This document shows, in pieces, positions 61,701 to 63,635 of a stretch of DNA of 63,635 nucleotides; the stretch's first letter is position 1, and each line of letters starts with the position of its first letter. The stretch spans positions 275,443 to 339,077 of the forward strand of contig NW_014577090.1 in assembly GCF_000485595.1 (NCBI RefSeq). Reading direction: 5' to 3'. A model generated the notes under the pieces. The model had not been told where the DNA came from and made no database searches. It saw only the letters and a list, made by a program, of their open reading frames with translations. The position numbers and the translations under genes are program-made. Source of the stretch: Priapulus caudatus. Lineage: Eukaryota.

Positions 61701-63635
61701 CTATATCGAGTACCTTCGTTCTGACTTCTACTGTCATCTGGGCGTCTTCTAGCCAGTCTGCAGCCACGACCGGCGAGGGCATCTGCAATACACAAAGCAT
61801 CACGTCACGTCGCCATTTCTCTGCCGCGCGCATTTCGCTACACCACCACCTCCCCCCGCGTATACACACCCCCACCCCGTACCTACACCCTCAGTGTCTA
61901 CACCCCCATTCCGTAGTCTTGCCCACAACACACGGCCGACGACCGCTTACGGACCACACGGTCACGCTAGAGCTCACCCGGTCCTGCATTAGTATGTCCT
62001 TGACGACGTTCTTTGATATGATGCCCTTCATTTCCGGCCCAAAGTCGTCGGGCGAGTAGTAGGCTAGGTGGCCGACGACGCAGAGTGCCGTCAGACAGTT
62101 GGGCTTATCCAGCTCCATGTTGTTGGTCGCATACTGAAACGGATAGAGACAGTCTAATCAGAGATCTATAGGGTAGATATAACAGCCGAGGTAGTTTTCG
62201 CACCCCACCCCCTAACATGTCGAACGAATTTGGCAGCTCTTAAAACATTTTCTGCAATCTAGAGCCTTAAAACATTAATACGCAATAAAAGGCCCTCTAT
62301 GTGGCATTGGGCAGCCATTTAGTTTGCCCTTCTCATGGGCCGGTACAGAATCTAGTGCCAGGAATGATCTACAAACGAACAACCGTGGTGACTGCTTGCA
62401 AGTCTGCCGTACTATGGCCTAGGTAGTAGTCACTCTAGTAATATTGCACAATTATTAATTAAAGTAATTAACCAGTAAATTAATCAGCCCTAGAGCAAAT
62501 GAGAAATCAAATGAGAAATCATTTGATTGACCTCACAACTATAGTGGAGCATTCACGACACACGTATCAAGCACGCACGGATGCACGCACACATCACACA
62601 ACACTGAACGATCGCGTAGGCTCACTGTACCGCGTCTTACACACACCACACCTGAAAGATCTGGTTGAAGAGTTGATCTCGGTTGGAGCAGATCACGTGG
62701 ATGGCCTGTATAGCATGCTTGGCCTGGCGTGGCGTGCTCGCCTTAGCTAGGTTCACCAACACCGGCACGAGACAGCTGTGAACAAATTCAATCGAACATT
62801 ACCGTGACGAACACCTGTGGATGCACATCAGCATCCGTTTACCGAAGTAAAAAAATGGGGGAAAAAATTCTCAAATGTCAACCGTATATAGTACCATTCA
62901 AGAAATAATATCAGTTAAGAAACAAAAAGAAATATACCATCATTCAAGAAAAAAAGCTAACCGTAATATCGGTCTTGAACGATTAAACATTAACAGTGCT
63001 AACATGCTAACCCGCTGACAATACTCAGGTGCAACCCACTAACCTCCTTACACTAGCGCGACATGAGCACCACGTAGTCATGACGACCACATCCAACAAA
63101 CGTTTCGCTACATCAAACACAACACCACGAAGCGCAATCACTACGTCTACAACCAGCCATCTAAACCGACCGCACCGGCTACCGACATCTCGGGAGAGCG
63201 CGGTGTCGAGGCAGGGACAATCCGGGGTCAGCGCGGGGTCAGCGTGGCTTCCCCATTACCTGTGTATGTTGGGGAAGGTCGTCTCGATCTCCTCTCCGAC
63301 GCGGGCGAAGATCTGCAGCGCGATGTCGGCTGCGTACTCGTCCTCGTCGCGCGTGAACGTGATGAGGTGACCGAACGCCTCGTCCGTCTTGAACGCGAGT
63401 GGGAACACCGTCGACAGCATCTGCACACGAGGAACACGCCGAACGTCACGAGCAGAACGACGCCGAACGGCACGGGCAGAACATCCCTGGCGGAACGTCA
63501 CGGGCAGAACATCCCTGGCGGAACGTCACGGGCGGAACGACGTGGAACATCTCTGGCAGAACAACGCCGAACCCTCCCTCGCTCACCAGTAGCAGCTGCA
63601 GGCCGCGCTCGGAGACCTCGATGCTCACCTCCCTC
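52713..63635 (-). CDS. PDS5: Sister chromatid cohesion protein PDS5, 3' half; 5' part lies outside the window
   Basis: Exons >63635-63587, 63420-63260, 62775-62652 (TPRQAKHAI), 62133-61978 ([10 protein letters not shown]), 61782-61714, 61057-60921 ([16 protein letters not shown]), 60416-60293 ([19 protein letters not shown]), 58703-58499 ([22 protein letters not shown]), 58273-58159 ([20 protein letters not shown]), 57761-57629 ([19 protein letters not shown]), 57074-56952 (KLYAVCDLA), 56711-56652. Lower-confidence low-complexity tail exons: 56495-56410, 55948-55893, 54481-54159, 53878-53717, 53443-53335, 52745-52713. All phase-compatible. Confidence 0.92.
52797..52925 (+). mobile_element. 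Degenerate tRNA-derived SINE with a CORE-like domain
   Basis: A-box-like TGATCGTCTAGTGG, B-box GGTTCAAGTCC, then GTGCCCATTAGCAAGGCACTTTATCC resembling the SINE CORE motif. Confidence 0.5.
54789..55082. mobile_element. MITE with a 5-bp target duplication
   Basis: CGGTGGCGTATCCAG ... CTGGATATGCCACTG termini; ATACT on both sides. A related fragment starts at ~37430. Confidence 0.65.
56068..56290. mobile_element. MITE family A, copy 2
   Basis: AGGGTCTATGTCCC ... GGGACATAGACCCT; homologous to 16935-17164. Confidence 0.75.
57270..57397 (-). mobile_element. tRNA-derived SINE head plus conserved central domain (possibly MetaSINE-type)
   Basis: Minus strand reads TGGCTTAATTGGTAGAG (A box) ... GGTTCGAATCCC (B box), then GGGTCATACCAAAGACTTGAAAAATGGTAC. 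No acceptor stem of a true tRNA is apparent. Confidence 0.65.
58907..59830 (+). mobile_element. Helentron-like non-autonomous element with an internal ~115-135-bp tandem array (5-6 copies)
   Basis: Repeated GGTTTTGGTACGCGACAC..CCCAAGATGTGTAAGTATACCAAGTTTGG..TCAAGGTCAAGGTCA units; subterminal TGTATCCCCCG near the start; 3' hairpin TATCCCCGCCG..CGGCGCGGGGGATA. Confidence 0.7.
63430..63570. repeat. Short ~28-bp tandem repeat filling a small PDS5 intron
   Basis: GCAGAACATCCCTGGCGGAACGTCACGG copies. Confidence 0.7.

Overview
Eukaryotic (invertebrate animal) genomic DNA with spliceosomal introns, three N-gaps and many repeats. No rRNA, intact tRNA or CRISPR features were found. Exons were assembled by eye from splice sites and reading-frame phase, giving six genes: the 3' part of a GABA-B receptor R3-like class C GPCR (+), Xaa-Pro aminopeptidase 3 (XPNPEP3, -), the mitochondrial 2-oxoglutarate/malate carrier (SLC25A11, +), DNAJC9 (-), Rab escort protein (CHM/REP, +) and the 3' half of cohesin regulator PDS5 (-). 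Family assignments rest on recalled motifs, not database searches. Introns carry a 5.2-kb Gypsy-like LTR element, several TIR MITEs, Helentron-like elements, SINEs and minisatellites. The two most unusual signals are: (1) the LTR element has near-identical LTRs, an intact TSD and PPT, yet about 4.5 kb of its interior is riddled with indels with sharp boundaries (biology or a low-quality assembly patch); (2) in three different genes a roughly 95-107-bp unit straddling an exon's 5' splice site is tandemly duplicated into the downstream intron, creating decoy donor sites. No wholly new protein-coding system could be supported.
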